Assembly: GCA_963820525.1 (NCBI GenBank)
Contig: CAWGAA010000002.1
Location: 1 to 64,000, forward strand
Direction: 5' to 3'
DNA from: an uncultured Spirochaetota bacterium
Lineage (GTDB): Bacteria; Spirochaetota; Spirochaetia; SZUA-6; Fen-1364
DNA: 64,000 bases
Shown here: positions 44,771-55,678 of the stretch, piece by piece
Layout: every line of letters starts with the position of its first letter
How positions within the stretch are numbered: the stretch's first letter is position 1
Translations under genes and position numbers: made by a program
Notes under the pieces: generated by a model
The model's input: the letters and a program-made list of their open reading frames with translations, nothing else
The model's database searches: none
What the model was told of the DNA's origin: nothing

Positions 44771-46392
44771 TGATGACGCCCACAAGGCAAGCTCGGCGTT
44801 TCTGGGGCCGTTGGCTCCCTGTGTGGCAGATCAGCTGGCCTTTGCTCTGGAGACGGCGTCACCCTGCACCTATCGGCAGCGGTGCGCCAGTACGCTGCAA
44901 AGTTTATTTCAGAGACACTTCGCCGAATTTTGCGCGCGCTACGAAGCGGACTACGCCCGCCGCCTGGGACGGATCCGCTTGGAGAGGATCCGCAGGGTAG
45001 TCCAGCGTTTCCTGGACTGCGGGAACTACACCAGGGGCGTGGCAAGGATCCAGTGCACGAATCCTAACTGCAAGTCGGAGTACTTCCGGCCCTTCTCCTG
45101 CAAGACGTTCTATATCTGCCCGTCTTGTTCGCAGAAACGCACGCTGCTGTTCGCCGAGTACATGAACGAGCGGCTCATGCTTCGGTTGCCCCACAGGCAA
45201 TTCGTCTTCACCCTGCCCAAGGTCCTGCGGGTGTTCTTCCGACATGACCGGCAGCTCCACGGTGAGATCAGCCGACTCATCCATCGCCTCCTGCAAGACT
45301 TCTTCACGGCGGCCGCAGGCATGAGGATCCGCACCGGCGGTGTCATTGCATTTCAGACCTCAGGGGAGTTCGTGAGATGGAACCCGCACTGGCACGGGTT
45401 GTTCCTTGAAGGAGGCTTCGACCGCAACGGCCGATTCGTTCACATCCCCACGATGAACCTTGCGAAGATGAGCGCCTGCTTCCGCCACAGAGTTGTGGAG
45501 TTCTTCCGCCAGCGACAGCTGTTGAACGAGCGCTTGGCAGAGAACATGCTGGAGTGGACCCACTCGGGATTTAGTGTCGACGGCTCCGTCGGCATCCCCG
45601 CAGGCTCCCCGAAAGCGCGCGAAGCCCTCTCGCAGTACATCGCGCGGCCGCCTGTCTCGCTTAAGAAGCTTCTCGTGGAGGAGGGCGGCACAGACAGCGT
45701 CCTGTACTACACTGAACTCCTCCAGCACCTCCCAGAGCCCCGTACGAGGTTGATCCGTGCCTACGGATTGTACTCCTCACGCGCTCGGGGTACGTGGCTG
45801 CGGATGCCCTACCTTGTACGTCTCGCCCCTGAGGGGTGGAAGCAGGATCATTCGCCTCCGCCTTCAGCTTGCGTCGGTGCCCCCGGCGAGCCCCAATCGG
45901 ACTGTTCGGTCTCCGCGATGGAGTGCCGCTCCGCGTGGGCTCGCCTTATTGCGAAGGTCTACGAGGTCGATCCCTTGGTCTGTCTCAGCTGCGGCGCAGC
46001 GATGCGCGTCTTGGCCGTCATCACCGAGCCGCAGCAGGTCCTCAAGATCCTGCGCCACCTCGTGAAGATCGGTACGCCGCCACCCGGCTTAGACCCTGCT
46101 TCCCTCAACTGACCCTTGTCTTCTTAGCAAGCCTGGGGCACCTATGAACAGTGTCGAGAGCCCATTTCTCGTCGTTCCCTTTTGCGGGACTAGTCTGGCT
46201 TTTCTTTATGCCCGAAGGCCGCGTAGCCCCATCTGTTGGCCCATATTGTTTCCCATTCCTCATTCTCGGCCCGATATGTTCTTGTTGAAGATCACTCAAC
46301 TTGCCTGTGATGGGTTGCAACCGTACTCCGGGCGAGCTCGTCCCGCCAGTCGCTTGCTATGCCCAGACAACACCCTTATAGTAGTTCCTATC
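44771..46392 (+). mobile_element. IS91/ISCR-like family A, near-full copy with a 60-bp in-frame deletion (transposase 44811..46112)
   Basis: Same left start (tgatgacgcccacaagg) as 57103; 433 versus 453 aa; deletion junction 45714/45715; followed by CTTA. Confidence 0.93.
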
Positions 46393-46598
46393 CTTAACTC
46401 CTTGGCGGTAGGATACGTGTCGGTCTTGAGCCTTGCTGGAAGGGCTGACAGTTGAAATACCACGACTTTGACAGGCCTGCGGAGGTACAGCATCCCGTTA
46501 TTGGACTTGACGGGGAGGAAGGAGGCGATAGAATGACAATAACGAGAGTTTGGATGTCGGATTTGCTTAGGATTCAGAGTCCAAATGGGAAATCTCCG

Positions 46599-48533
46599 AT
46601 GAATAGTAAGTTGCTTCATTTGCTATCCACTAGCGCGCTGATCGCGCTTGTTACAATAGCGGCAGGGTGTAATCATCTGCCTGTCACAGCTACTCCGACC
46701 TCCTCATCCACGCTATTCTCAACCAACACACCTAACCTTGTCCCTGCTCAAAAGGCGGCTGCCCTGTATGAACAGAATTTCGAGGAGAGCCCGCTGCAAG
46801 GCCTATCCGAACACGGATCCTGGTCCGTGTCGCTTGACGAGGCCGGAAATCATGTGTTTTGCAACCAGGTCTCTAATAACTGGCAGACTTTTATGTTCGG
46901 TTATGAGAACTGGACGGATTATGCCGTCGAGATGCGAGTTAAACTGCTGAAGCAGAATACCGACCTAAGCGCAGAGATCTATGCACGGATAAACAATTCC
47001 ACCTATGGATATCGAGGCCAATTGTTCTATATGCGGGCAGGCCTAGCATATATTTTACCGTTGGAAAATCTGGGGATAGTCTCCATCACCACCGAGGCGA
47101 ACCACTGGTACATTCTTCGGATGGATGTCGCTGGCAACCAGATCAAGTTTTACCTGGACAACCAGATGATCGCCAGTGCTTCGGACAGCAACCGATCGAA
47201 CGGGATGGCGGGATTTGGGGTTGCCCCAGGCGCAATAGCATGTGTGGATGATATCCGTGCCTGGCCGCTTACGCCGGATGGCCAGATTGCACAGGCAGCA
47301 CCTGCAGATCAAATTGTCAGGAAGGATTCCCTAGCGAAGTATGAAGGCGACTGCACTTTCTGCTTTGTCGATGGCAGCGATCCCTCCATGCCCGTGTGGG
47401 ATAGTGCCGCGGGAGGTTATAAACAACAGCCGGGCGATACAAGGAAACAAACCGTCCTGGACGAGAATTTTGTCGTTCCCGCCAAGCAGGTGACCACGTT
47501 TGAGAACCAAATTGTCTTTATCCGGCCTCATCAAAGGCACGACATTAAAGTTTATGGAACCCTGATCATTAAAGATAGCCTCCTCCTGTGGCAGCAGACT
47601 GAGTATCAACAAACTTATCTAATCATTGAGAAAGGCGGTAAACTGGTCATCGAGAATTCCTATGCGTTTTCAAGCAATCAATTTTGGATTGGCTGGACAT
47701 TTGAAGATGGATCAACCGTCTCGTTCGATCACTTTGTGGGGACGCCATGGTGTAGTATCTGGGGGTCGGTCAACTATACCGCAGCCAATTTCTCCACCGT
47801 AGATCTCACGATCTTTGGGAACGTTCACAATGCCCGCCTGGAAATTTCGAACGCCCATCATGTGGAGTTCGAGTTCTTTCCCCCGCCCGGTACTTATGAA
47901 TTCAGCCTGCCGAAAAAGGAACAGTGGGTCGATTGGAAGATTGACAATATTTGGCCGAATACAACCATCGATATGACGCATTCCTACTTTTATGCGAGGA
48001 GCATCAGCCTCGACTCGAATGTTCATGTCACCATCACAAACACTGTCGATGGTATCAGTGTGGGCTGGGCTATCCATAAGGATACTCCAGGTTTTGTGGA
48101 TTGCGAGATAAAAGGTCTGGGCGAACCCGGGAATGACCAGGGAGTGCTGTACCAAAATACCACCTGGGACCTGCCCTGTATCAATTCATCCCTGACGATA
48201 AAGAATTCCGTGCTGCAGACAGCTTGGCCCTGTTCATATGGATATGTCCACCTGAAAGTTTATGATTCCAATTTATTCGACCCGAGAAATTGGGGCCCAC
48301 CAAGCACATACGAAATCTATCGGTCCAGTATTCATTTCGTGGCCGCTTACAACGGCGGACTGATCTACTTAGAGAACTCCAAAGTTCAAAGTGGTATCGA
48401 GATCAATGGAGCAGGCTCCATTGTGTATGGTTATGGGGTTTCTGCAGTGGATCCGGGAAGCAACTATTCCATCATGCAAGAAAGCGGCGGGAAGTATATG
48501 GAATTGCAATCTGCCGGACCACCGTGGAAGTAA
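46599..48533 (+). CDS. Lipoprotein with concanavalin/DUF1080-like domain and an unassigned C-terminal domain of about 380 aa
   Basis: Lipobox IAAGC, WTDYAVEMRVK, WYILRMDVAGNQIKFYLD, GMAGFG..VDDIR; C-terminal part aligns with 62818..64000. Confidence 0.8.
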   Translation: MNSKLLHLLSTSALIALVTIAAGCNHLPVTATPTSSSTLFSTNTPNLVPAQKAAALYEQNFEESPLQGLSEHGSWSVSLDEAGNHVFCNQVSNNWQTFMFGYENWTDYAVEMRVKLLKQNTDLSAEIYARINNSTYGYRGQLFYMRAGLAYILPLENLGIVSITTEANHWYILRMDVAGNQIKFYLDNQMIASASDSNRSNGMAGFGVAPGAIACVDDIRAWPLTPDGQIAQAAPADQIVRKDSLAKYEGDCTFCFVDGSDPSMPVWDSAAGGYKQQPGDTRKQTVLDENFVVPAKQVTTFENQIVFIRPHQRHDIKVYGTLIIKDSLLLWQQTEYQQTYLIIEKGGKLVIENSYAFSSNQFWIGWTFEDGSTVSFDHFVGTPWCSIWGSVNYTAANFSTVDLTIFGNVHNARLEISNAHHVEFEFFPPPGTYEFSLPKKEQWVDWKIDNIWPNTTIDMTHSYFYARSISLDSNVHVTITNTVDGISVGWAIHKDTPGFVDCEIKGLGEPGNDQGVLYQNTTWDLPCINSSLTIKNSVLQTAWPCSYGYVHLKVYDSNLFDPRNWGPPSTYEIYRSSIHFVAAYNGGLIYLENSKVQSGIEINGAGSIVYGYGVSAVDPGSNYSIMQESGGKYMELQSAGPPWK

Positions 48534-48874
48534 TTCCATCGAATTTCAAAGGAGCCTCCAGGAACCGCAGATTCTCACGCCGTGATTTTCTAAGAGCGAT
48601 GCCTGCTGCGGTCGACGCAGGATGTTGCGCGACTTGGGTGATCTATCATAGAACCGCTCCCAGTTAGCTGGCGAAGATGCACCGATCTGGTGGTTTGATG
48701 GCAGGATGGATATATAATGAGGATAGAGGTGGAAACGTGACAAAGGTAATTCCCGTACTTCTCGGAATCGCTCTCCTGGCAGGGTGCGCAACCGAATCGT
48801 CGATCTACGACGGAGCGAGGCCGAACCATGTCGTCGCGAACAGCGACGGCTCAACGACGTTTGAGTTTCTGTTT

Positions 48875-49036
48875 GATTTTTTTTGTTACCGAACCTAAGA
48901 GCTTGGGTTTAGCTCCTGTTCCATAAGCGCCATAGACAATGTACCCGGAAGCGGAGCCACTTTTTGGTATCAGTTGTTCCCTCCATGTCTCGCCTCTTTT
49001 AAATAACACCATATTTCCAGGTAATAATGATGCATT
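48875..49036 (-). pseudogene. Short fragment of a right-handed beta-helix secreted protein
   Basis: LLPGNMVLFKRGETWREQL..SG..YIVYGAYGTGAKPKLLGS. Confidence 0.6.
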
Positions 49037-50758
49037 CAGGCTGTCGAAAAAACCAGTTTTCCCAAGAAAATCATTGTTCGGCGCGACGGCAGGATGTAAA
49101 ATAAGGAGTCGAATTCGCCATTCGTGAAGCACGGGAGGGACTTCATGCCGGCATTCCTCATCCCGAATAGATCCCAGATGCTGCTGCTCACACAGGTTGA
49201 CCTTTCGACTGTCGCTCCCGAGGGGAGCGCGGTGTACCTCATCAACGACCTGGTGGATTCTTTGGACACCCGTGCAATTGAAGAATCGTATGAAGTGGGC
49301 TCCGACAATGGACGACCACCCTTCCATCCGAAGACCCTTTTGAAAGTCGCTCTGTTGGCACTTCACAGCTGCCGCTTCTCGTTGCGGAAGATGGAAGAAG
49401 ACACGATGAACAACCTGGGGTACAAGTGGTTGACCGGTGATATGACGATCGATCACTCAACGATGGGACTGTTTCTGGCGCGGTTTGCCGGGGAAATCGT
49501 GGAGTTGTTCAGCCAAGTGGTTGCGAGCTGCGCGGAGCAGAATCTGATCGAGTTCGACCTTCTGGCCATAGACAGCGTCAAGTTGCGGGCGAATGCCAAC
49601 TACAAGCAGAGCAAGACCCTTGAGGGGATCAAGAAGGAAGAAAACCAAATTGCAGCACGCCTGAAAGAGGTCCTGGAGACTGCCTCGGACGCGAAGAGCG
49701 CTGAGGTGGAGGAAGTTCTGGCGTTGAAACGGCGTGCGGAAAGGGTGCGGGAAGCCAGGAAAGTTCTGCTGGAACGATTGGCAGAGAAAAGCCGCGAGGC
49801 AAGCGAGAAGAAGAAGAAGCAAGAGCTTGTTGAAAAGGAAAAGGTCAACATCACTGACCCCGACGCGCATATCATGCAACAGGCGAATGGGGAGAAGAAT
49901 CCAGCGTTTTCGATCACCACAACGACGGATGTGAGCCACGATATTGTGACACATTTCCAGGTGAATGCTGAGGATAATGATGCAGCGGCGTTGCCTGAGG
50001 CGATCGAGGGCAGCCGTCGCAGTACAGGGGAAAAGCACCAGGAAGTAGAAGCGGACTCCGGATTTGCCAGCATGGAGAATTATGAGAAGCTGGAATTGGA
50101 TGGGCAGGAGGCACTGATCCCCGATCGGCGCGTGGATGTGGAGGAAAACGGGACGACGGCGAAAGGGGAGTATGATCGTTCGAAGTTCAACTTTCGAGCG
50201 AATAGCGACAGCTATCGTTGTCCGTGCGGATGGATATTGAGGAATACAGGTTCTGTTGAACTTAACGGCCGGATTTATGACCGCTACGAGAATCCCAGCG
50301 CCTGTGCCAGGTGTACCTATCGCAGTAGATGCACAAAAGGGACGCACCGGCGGGTGTTTCGGAATCGCAATGAAGAGGTTCGCCAACGGATGCGGACGAA
50401 GCTTGATAAGAAAAGATCACAGGGGAGGTACAACAAGCGCGCGCACACTGCAGAGTCGCCGTTCGGCAACCTTAAATGGAACCTGAAGTTCCGCGCAGTA
50501 ATGCGCAGGGGCATAAGGAAGGTGCGCATGGAGGCAGCGCTGCTGTTCATGCTGCATAACTTCATGAAAATGGCGACGGCGCCGGCTTGATTTCGTGAGG
50601 GATCGCGGAGAATTGCCGACAGGGGCGGACAAAGAGCCGGAAAGCAGTGCATCGGTGAGAATCACGGGCAGACCGCTCACCGCTATCGGACATTTGTTAC
50701 ATGCTGCGATAACGATGCACCCCCGGCCCGTGCGCGCTTCGGTTTTTTCGACAGCCTG
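49037..50758 (+). mobile_element. IS1182-family element (transposase about 49145..50590)
   Basis: Perfect 18-bp IRs caggctgtcgaaaaaacc, ATT on both flanks, GRPPFHPKTLLK, AIDSVKLRANA, ADSGF, ESPFGNLK. Confidence 0.92.
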
Positions 50759-50874
50759 ATTGGATTATTGCGACGATAATAGTTGGCATAGCACCTAATG
50801 CAGCCCCAACTATAAGTAATTGTATATCGTGAGATGTAATAGTCACTTATTTTTCTCGCAGTCACTCGTAATTG

Positions 50875-51868
50875 ACCGCTTCTTTTTCATTCCCATCGGC
50901 GCGGGGGAGGCTTTATGCGAGGCCTGGAGGCGCTCGGTGGTTGCCTTCTTTCTGGACAAAGGGTTGCTGAACAGGGAGTTCGCCCGCACGCTATTGACCT
51001 GGAGGCACTCGGGGTTCTCCATCGAGAGCGGCACGCGCATCTATGACGCGCAGACTCGGCAGGGCCTCTGTCAGTATATCATTCGCGCCCCGCTTTCCCT
51101 GCAGAAGCTGGAGTGGGACGAAGAACAGGATACCATTACATGGACTTCCTCTCCTACGGGATACTTTCGGGGACAACAGCGCCATTTCTCCTGCCTGGAC
51201 TTCATCGCCCAGTTGACCCTGCACATTCCCCCGCAGGGCAAGCATCTTCTGCGCCGCTACGGGTTGTACGCCTCCAGAGCACGGGGGACCTGGAAGAAGC
51301 GTCCCGCCTTGAGCAGCCGTGCCCCCGAGGGCTGGTATGGTCGCACAGAGGGTAGTGACTGCGTGCCGGCGTGCGCCTCCCAGGACTGGGAGGTCGGCCG
51401 CGCTGAGTGCAAAAGCGCCTGGGCCCGGCTGCTGGCCAAGGTATATGAAGTGGACGCGTGGGCCTGTCCGGCCTGCGGCGGGCGCATGTCGGTGATCGCC
51501 GTTATTCGCGACCCTGCCGAGATTCGAAAGATCATAACGTGTATGAGCAAGCAGGGGCGGGGGCCGCCGTATGAGTGCTGAGCGTTCTGCCCCGTTTGAT
51601 TCGACGCAAACGCGGATACCCTACTCCCGATGCGCCCTCAACCGCAGTATGCCCCAGGATCATCGGGAGGTAGCCCGCTGGGCGGGCTTTCGTGGTATAG
51701 AGACGCCCGCCGTACCGTCGATTCGGTTCTTGACGGGGTGAAACCGGCAAGATAGGCTCGCTCTGAGGCCGAAAGTGTGTAATGTGTGGCACTCTCGATT
51801 GCGGGAACAGGAAGACGTAGCGGGGCGAACCGGTGAATCAGTCGACAAATGCTATAAAATGGCTTATC
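50875..51868 (+). mobile_element. IS91-like family D, left-truncated
   Basis: TWRHSGFSI, QYIIRAPLSL, RRYGLYASRARG, AWARLLAKVYEVD; ends tataaaatggcttatc|AATT. Confidence 0.85.
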
Positions 51869-51906
51869 AATTCAGTCGACAAATGCTATAAAATGGCTTA
51901 TCAATT
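51839..51906 (+). repeat. Perfect 34-bp tandem duplication of the family D ori end plus 4 flanking bases
   Basis: cagtcgacaaatgctataaaatggcttatcaatt at 51839..51872 and 51873..51906. Confidence 0.95.
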
Positions 51907-51922
51907 TTATAAGGAGAACCAT

Positions 51923-53084
51923 ATGAAACATAAATTGATATTATCGATAATTTTAGAGTCTCCTACGGGGAGAAACCCCCTCGTCTTTAGACGAAGACTT
52001 TAGTAGGCTTGCGGTACGATGAAGCAGTATCGAAAAGCGTCGCACTGCGTCTATGATTTGAAGTATCATATAGTGTGGATCACCAAGTACCGCAAGCCAG
52101 TGTTGGGGAAAGAGATAGGAACCCGCGTAAGAGATCTGATACGAATGATTTGCGCGAGCCTGGACGTAGAGATCGTGAAAGGGAACATCAGCCGCGATCA
52201 CGTGCATCTGCTGCTGAGCGTGCCGCCGACTCTATCGGTATCCAGGCTCGTGCAGCGCATGAAGGGGCTGACATCACGGAAGCTGCTCATGGAAAACAAA
52301 GGGTTGAACAAAACATTCTGGGGCAGGCATCTTTGGGCCCGCGGGTATTTCGTGGCGAGCACAGGGAACGTGACCGAAGAGATGATCGCCCGCTACATCG
52401 AGAATCAGCAGGACACAGAGCGGGACCAAGATGCCGACTTCAAAGTAGAACCGTGATGTCGGCCCCAGTCGGCTTTAGCCGACAAGCGCAAACCCCCCGA
52501 CTTAAGTCGGGGGTGGTTTAGCACTTGTTTTGGTGAGCTTCAGTGGATGCTCGATTAACACAAATGAGCCGCCTACTGTTACTCTTTCTGCCGATAAAAT
52601 AAATCCGATGTTCGGAACTGAAGTCATCATCACAGCCGATGCTTATGACGAAGATGACGATACCCTGACTTATACTTGGTATATAAATAACAATATACAA
52701 AGTCAACTTGATTCGGATGTTTATTCGGTTTCCTATACTCTGAATCCAACAGTGGAAACCGCTGTTATCATTAGTTGTACGGTATCGGATGGCGAGGATG
52801 AAGCATCCGCCAATATTACCATCACATTCACAGCACCGGTAACTTTATTTCTTAACAATTCTACAGGCTATGTAATCGATGGTGTCTATATAAAACCCTT
52901 ACCATCAGGTACATGGGGTAATGATTTATTCTCCGGTACAGTTGGTGCATATGGTACGGGTTATGTTTATAATGTCCCCGAGGGAACGTATGATATCGAA
53001 GTCGATTCAGGTACGGTACGCTATTGGTCTTTTACAAATATTACCCTTGAAGGTGGCACGACTTTTACTTTAAATCTATTATAA
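51923..53084 (+). pseudogene. Lipoprotein with Ig/PKD-like domain, signal peptide split by an IS200/IS605 element
   Basis: Joining 51923..51956 to 52522 gives MKHKLILSIILALVLVSFSGC in frame; RBS aaggag; NEPPTV..DEDDDTLTYTW..VSDG. Confidence 0.85.
51957..52521 (+). mobile_element. tnpA: IS200/IS605-family element with Y1 transposase only (52019..52456)
   Basis: YHIVWITKYRK, DHVHLL, HLWARGYF, RYIENQ; subterminal hairpin cccccgact-ta-agtcggggg; inserted 3' of TTAG. Confidence 0.93.
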
Positions 53085-53114
53085 TGTATTTTTAGTTAAT
53101 TTTTGAGTATAGAG

Positions 53115-53142
53115 GTCAGGCTGCCCGCAGCCTGACTTTTTT
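53115..53142 (+). terminator. Rho-independent terminator between convergent genes
   Basis: gtcaggctgc-cc-gcagcctgac followed by T6. Confidence 0.75.
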
Positions 53143-53685
53143 ACTCTTTTTCCAAAAAAACCTGGTGCAGTATAATCAGTGCCTTTTCCCTGTTTTTTCT
53201 TTCCAATACAAAACTTATATTGCGTTCGGATGAACCCTGGGCAATGGCGAATACATTGATATTATGCTGACCCAGGGTGCTGAATAACCGGCCTGAAATC
53301 CCCGGGGTGCCGCGCATATTTTCACCAATGACCGCCATAACAGCCAGGTTATCCCGTACCGAGATTTCCTGGATACGCTTGTTCGTTTTATCATCTGCCA
53401 GGGTATTATTCAGGGCAGCAAGGGCAGCCTTGCTTTCCTCTTCTTTGAATACCAAACAGACACTATGCTCTGATGAAGCCTGCGAAATCATGATCACATT
53501 GATGCCCCTTTCGGCTAAAGCTGCAAAAATCTTTGCCGGTATGGAAGGATTTTTCATAATGCCGCCGCCTTCGATATTTATAATTGAAACCTTATCGATA
53601 CAGGCAATACCGGTAATAAAAGCAGCATGCCGTTTTATATCCTTTGCAATCAAAGTCCCCCTGGTACCTGGATTTAAGGTATTTT
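53141..53685 (-). pseudogene. C-terminal ACT domains of an aspartate kinase, 5'-truncated
   Basis: KNTLNP..GTLI, INVIMISQASSEHS, VIGENMRGTPGISGRLF, AIAQGSSERNIS; cut at the ori fragment. Confidence 0.88.
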
Positions 53686-53822
53686 TTCCTCATTCTCGGC
53701 CCGATATGTTCTTGTTGAAGATCACTCAACTTGCCTGTGATGGGTTGCAACCGCACTCCGGGCGAGCTCGTCCCGCCAGTCGCTTGCTATGCCCAGACAA
53801 CACCCTTATAGTAGTTCCTATC
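53686..53822 (+). mobile_element. 137-bp ori-end fragment of family A
   Basis: Matches the last 137 bp of family A; followed by CTTA. Confidence 0.93.
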
Positions 53823-53980
53823 CTTAGCATAGCGGGCCGACTGAACGCGTGTGGTAGCATCTACTGATTACTAGGTGCAAGCCACAAAGGCCCGCGTTCT
53901 TTGATATCTCTTATCCAAGTCTTCTTATGCCAAATCCTTTTTCCAATTAAAGAGATATCTTGATAAGCAAATATGCTTAC

Positions 53981-54093
53981 GTATAACATAGAGTTCAGTT
54001 GCCCCGAAGCCTCAAGGCGGCAGTTCAATTTCCGCCCGTATGCCTTGCTTTCCTAACGTAGTCTTAGGGGTCAACTGCAACGACATGTTATAG
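53981..54093 (-). other. Integron attC recombination site (113 bp)
   Basis: Minus strand CTATAAC-atgtcg-TTgCAGTTGaCCCC ... GGGGCAACTGAA-ctctat-GTTATAC: complementary R and L boxes, unpaired spacer, two extrahelical bases. Confidence 0.8.
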
Positions 54094-55612
54094 CGCGTCC
54101 TTTTAGCTTGGGGTTCTCGCATATTGGGTTGGCCCCCTTCCCAAGGTTGTAGTCCACGCATGCGGTTCTGAGGTTCTGTAGTTCCGTATTTCAGCCAAAT
54201 GTCCAAGGCTTGAAGTGATCCACATGCAATCTGACCTCAGGCGGCTTCCTTCCGCAATAAGTGCACGCAAAGCCGTCTCTCTTATACAGCGCGTCATAAG
54301 TAATTGCGCATTATTGCATAATGTGATTTTATATAGGAATGAAACAACTGACTATCGCGGATGCCCCCACTATCATCCTTGGACTGCAAGACGAAATCCG
54401 TCGTTCACAAGAATCCCGCTATGATCATCGACTTCATGGCATTCTGCTCGTAGCACAGGGAATGAGCTGTATTGAGGTTGCGCATTTTCTCGGCGATGCA
54501 CCACGAACCGTGCAGTATTGGATTCGCCGCTTCGAGGCGGAAGGACTCGCGGGCATTGTTGAAGGCGATCGAACTGGACGACCCACACGCCTCAAACCTG
54601 AACAAATACAAGAAGTGAGCCGCGCTCTTCGACAACCACCAGCTGCCGCTGGGTTGTCTGGTAACCTATGGGATGGAAAGACACTCTCCGCCTTCATTGT
54701 ACAGCGCTATAAAGTCAGGTTGGGTGTACGTCAATGTCAACGCGTCTTTCGACAACTCAACTTCCGACTGCGCAAGCCTCGTCCAGTAATTGCGCGAGCC
54801 GATCCGACTCGCCAGACCGAGTATAAAAAAAACTCAAGGCGTTGATGCTGGATGAACAGATAGATTTGTGGGCGACGGATGAGGTACACTTTCAGCAGTA
54901 CGGCTCACGATGCCGAATGTGGGTTCACCCGAAGTCAAAGATCCGGTACTGCTACATTATCCCGGGCGAAAGAGCGTGGGATACTTCGGTGCCGTTCGTC
55001 TGCGCGACGGCAAATTCTTCTTCAAACGCGAAGAGGATAGTTTCGACGCGAATACATTCTTCGTGTTCATGAAGCAATTGCGCTTCAGAGCTTCAAAGAG
55101 TCAAAGGCGCATCGTCGTGATCACTGATAATGCCAGATACCACCATGCAAAGCTCCACAAGCAGTGGCGCGAGGAGCACAGCGCATCTTTCATACTGGAT
55201 TATCTGCCGCCGTATAGTCCCGATCTGAACCCAATCGAAAGAATGTGGAAGCTCACTAGACGGCTCTGTCTGCATAACAGATACTTCCCTACTATGGGCG
55301 ATGTCACGTACGCGGTTGAAGACCGCTTCGCTCAGTGGGAGGCGCCAAATGAAACATTACGTCGTTTATGCGCAATTACTTAGGACGCTATGTATAAAAC
55401 CAAGAACCGCATTGAGGCGGAAATAGTTCTGGATGCCTTCGATTCGTGCTTGACAGACTTTGCTGACGCTTGGCCACTGACAGCCGCAGTTCTAAGCCAT
55501 AAGCTGTAAAAACCGGCACTCGACCTTTCAGATAGCAAGAAAAGTCGGCACGGGTTCGGACACAAAACGCGCTCAGGCCAACAATACCGGGATAGCCATG
55601 ATTACCTTGCAT
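54094..55612 (-). pseudogene. HNH endonuclease gene split by IS630 (ends approximate)
   Basis: SRTISASMRFLVL | KRDGFACTYCGRKPPEVRLHVDHFKPWTFG*NTELQNLRTACVDYNLGK. Confidence 0.8.
54285..55394 (+). mobile_element. IS630-family element, second copy of 36302..37412, extra frameshift in orfB
   Basis: Same IRs, TA duplication, near-identical proteins. Confidence 0.93.
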
Positions 55613-55678
55613 TGTTTCCGTGGCTATTGCGCGGTTGCCTCAGGGAAATGTCCACTCCATCAGTCTTTCTTCCCCTGC

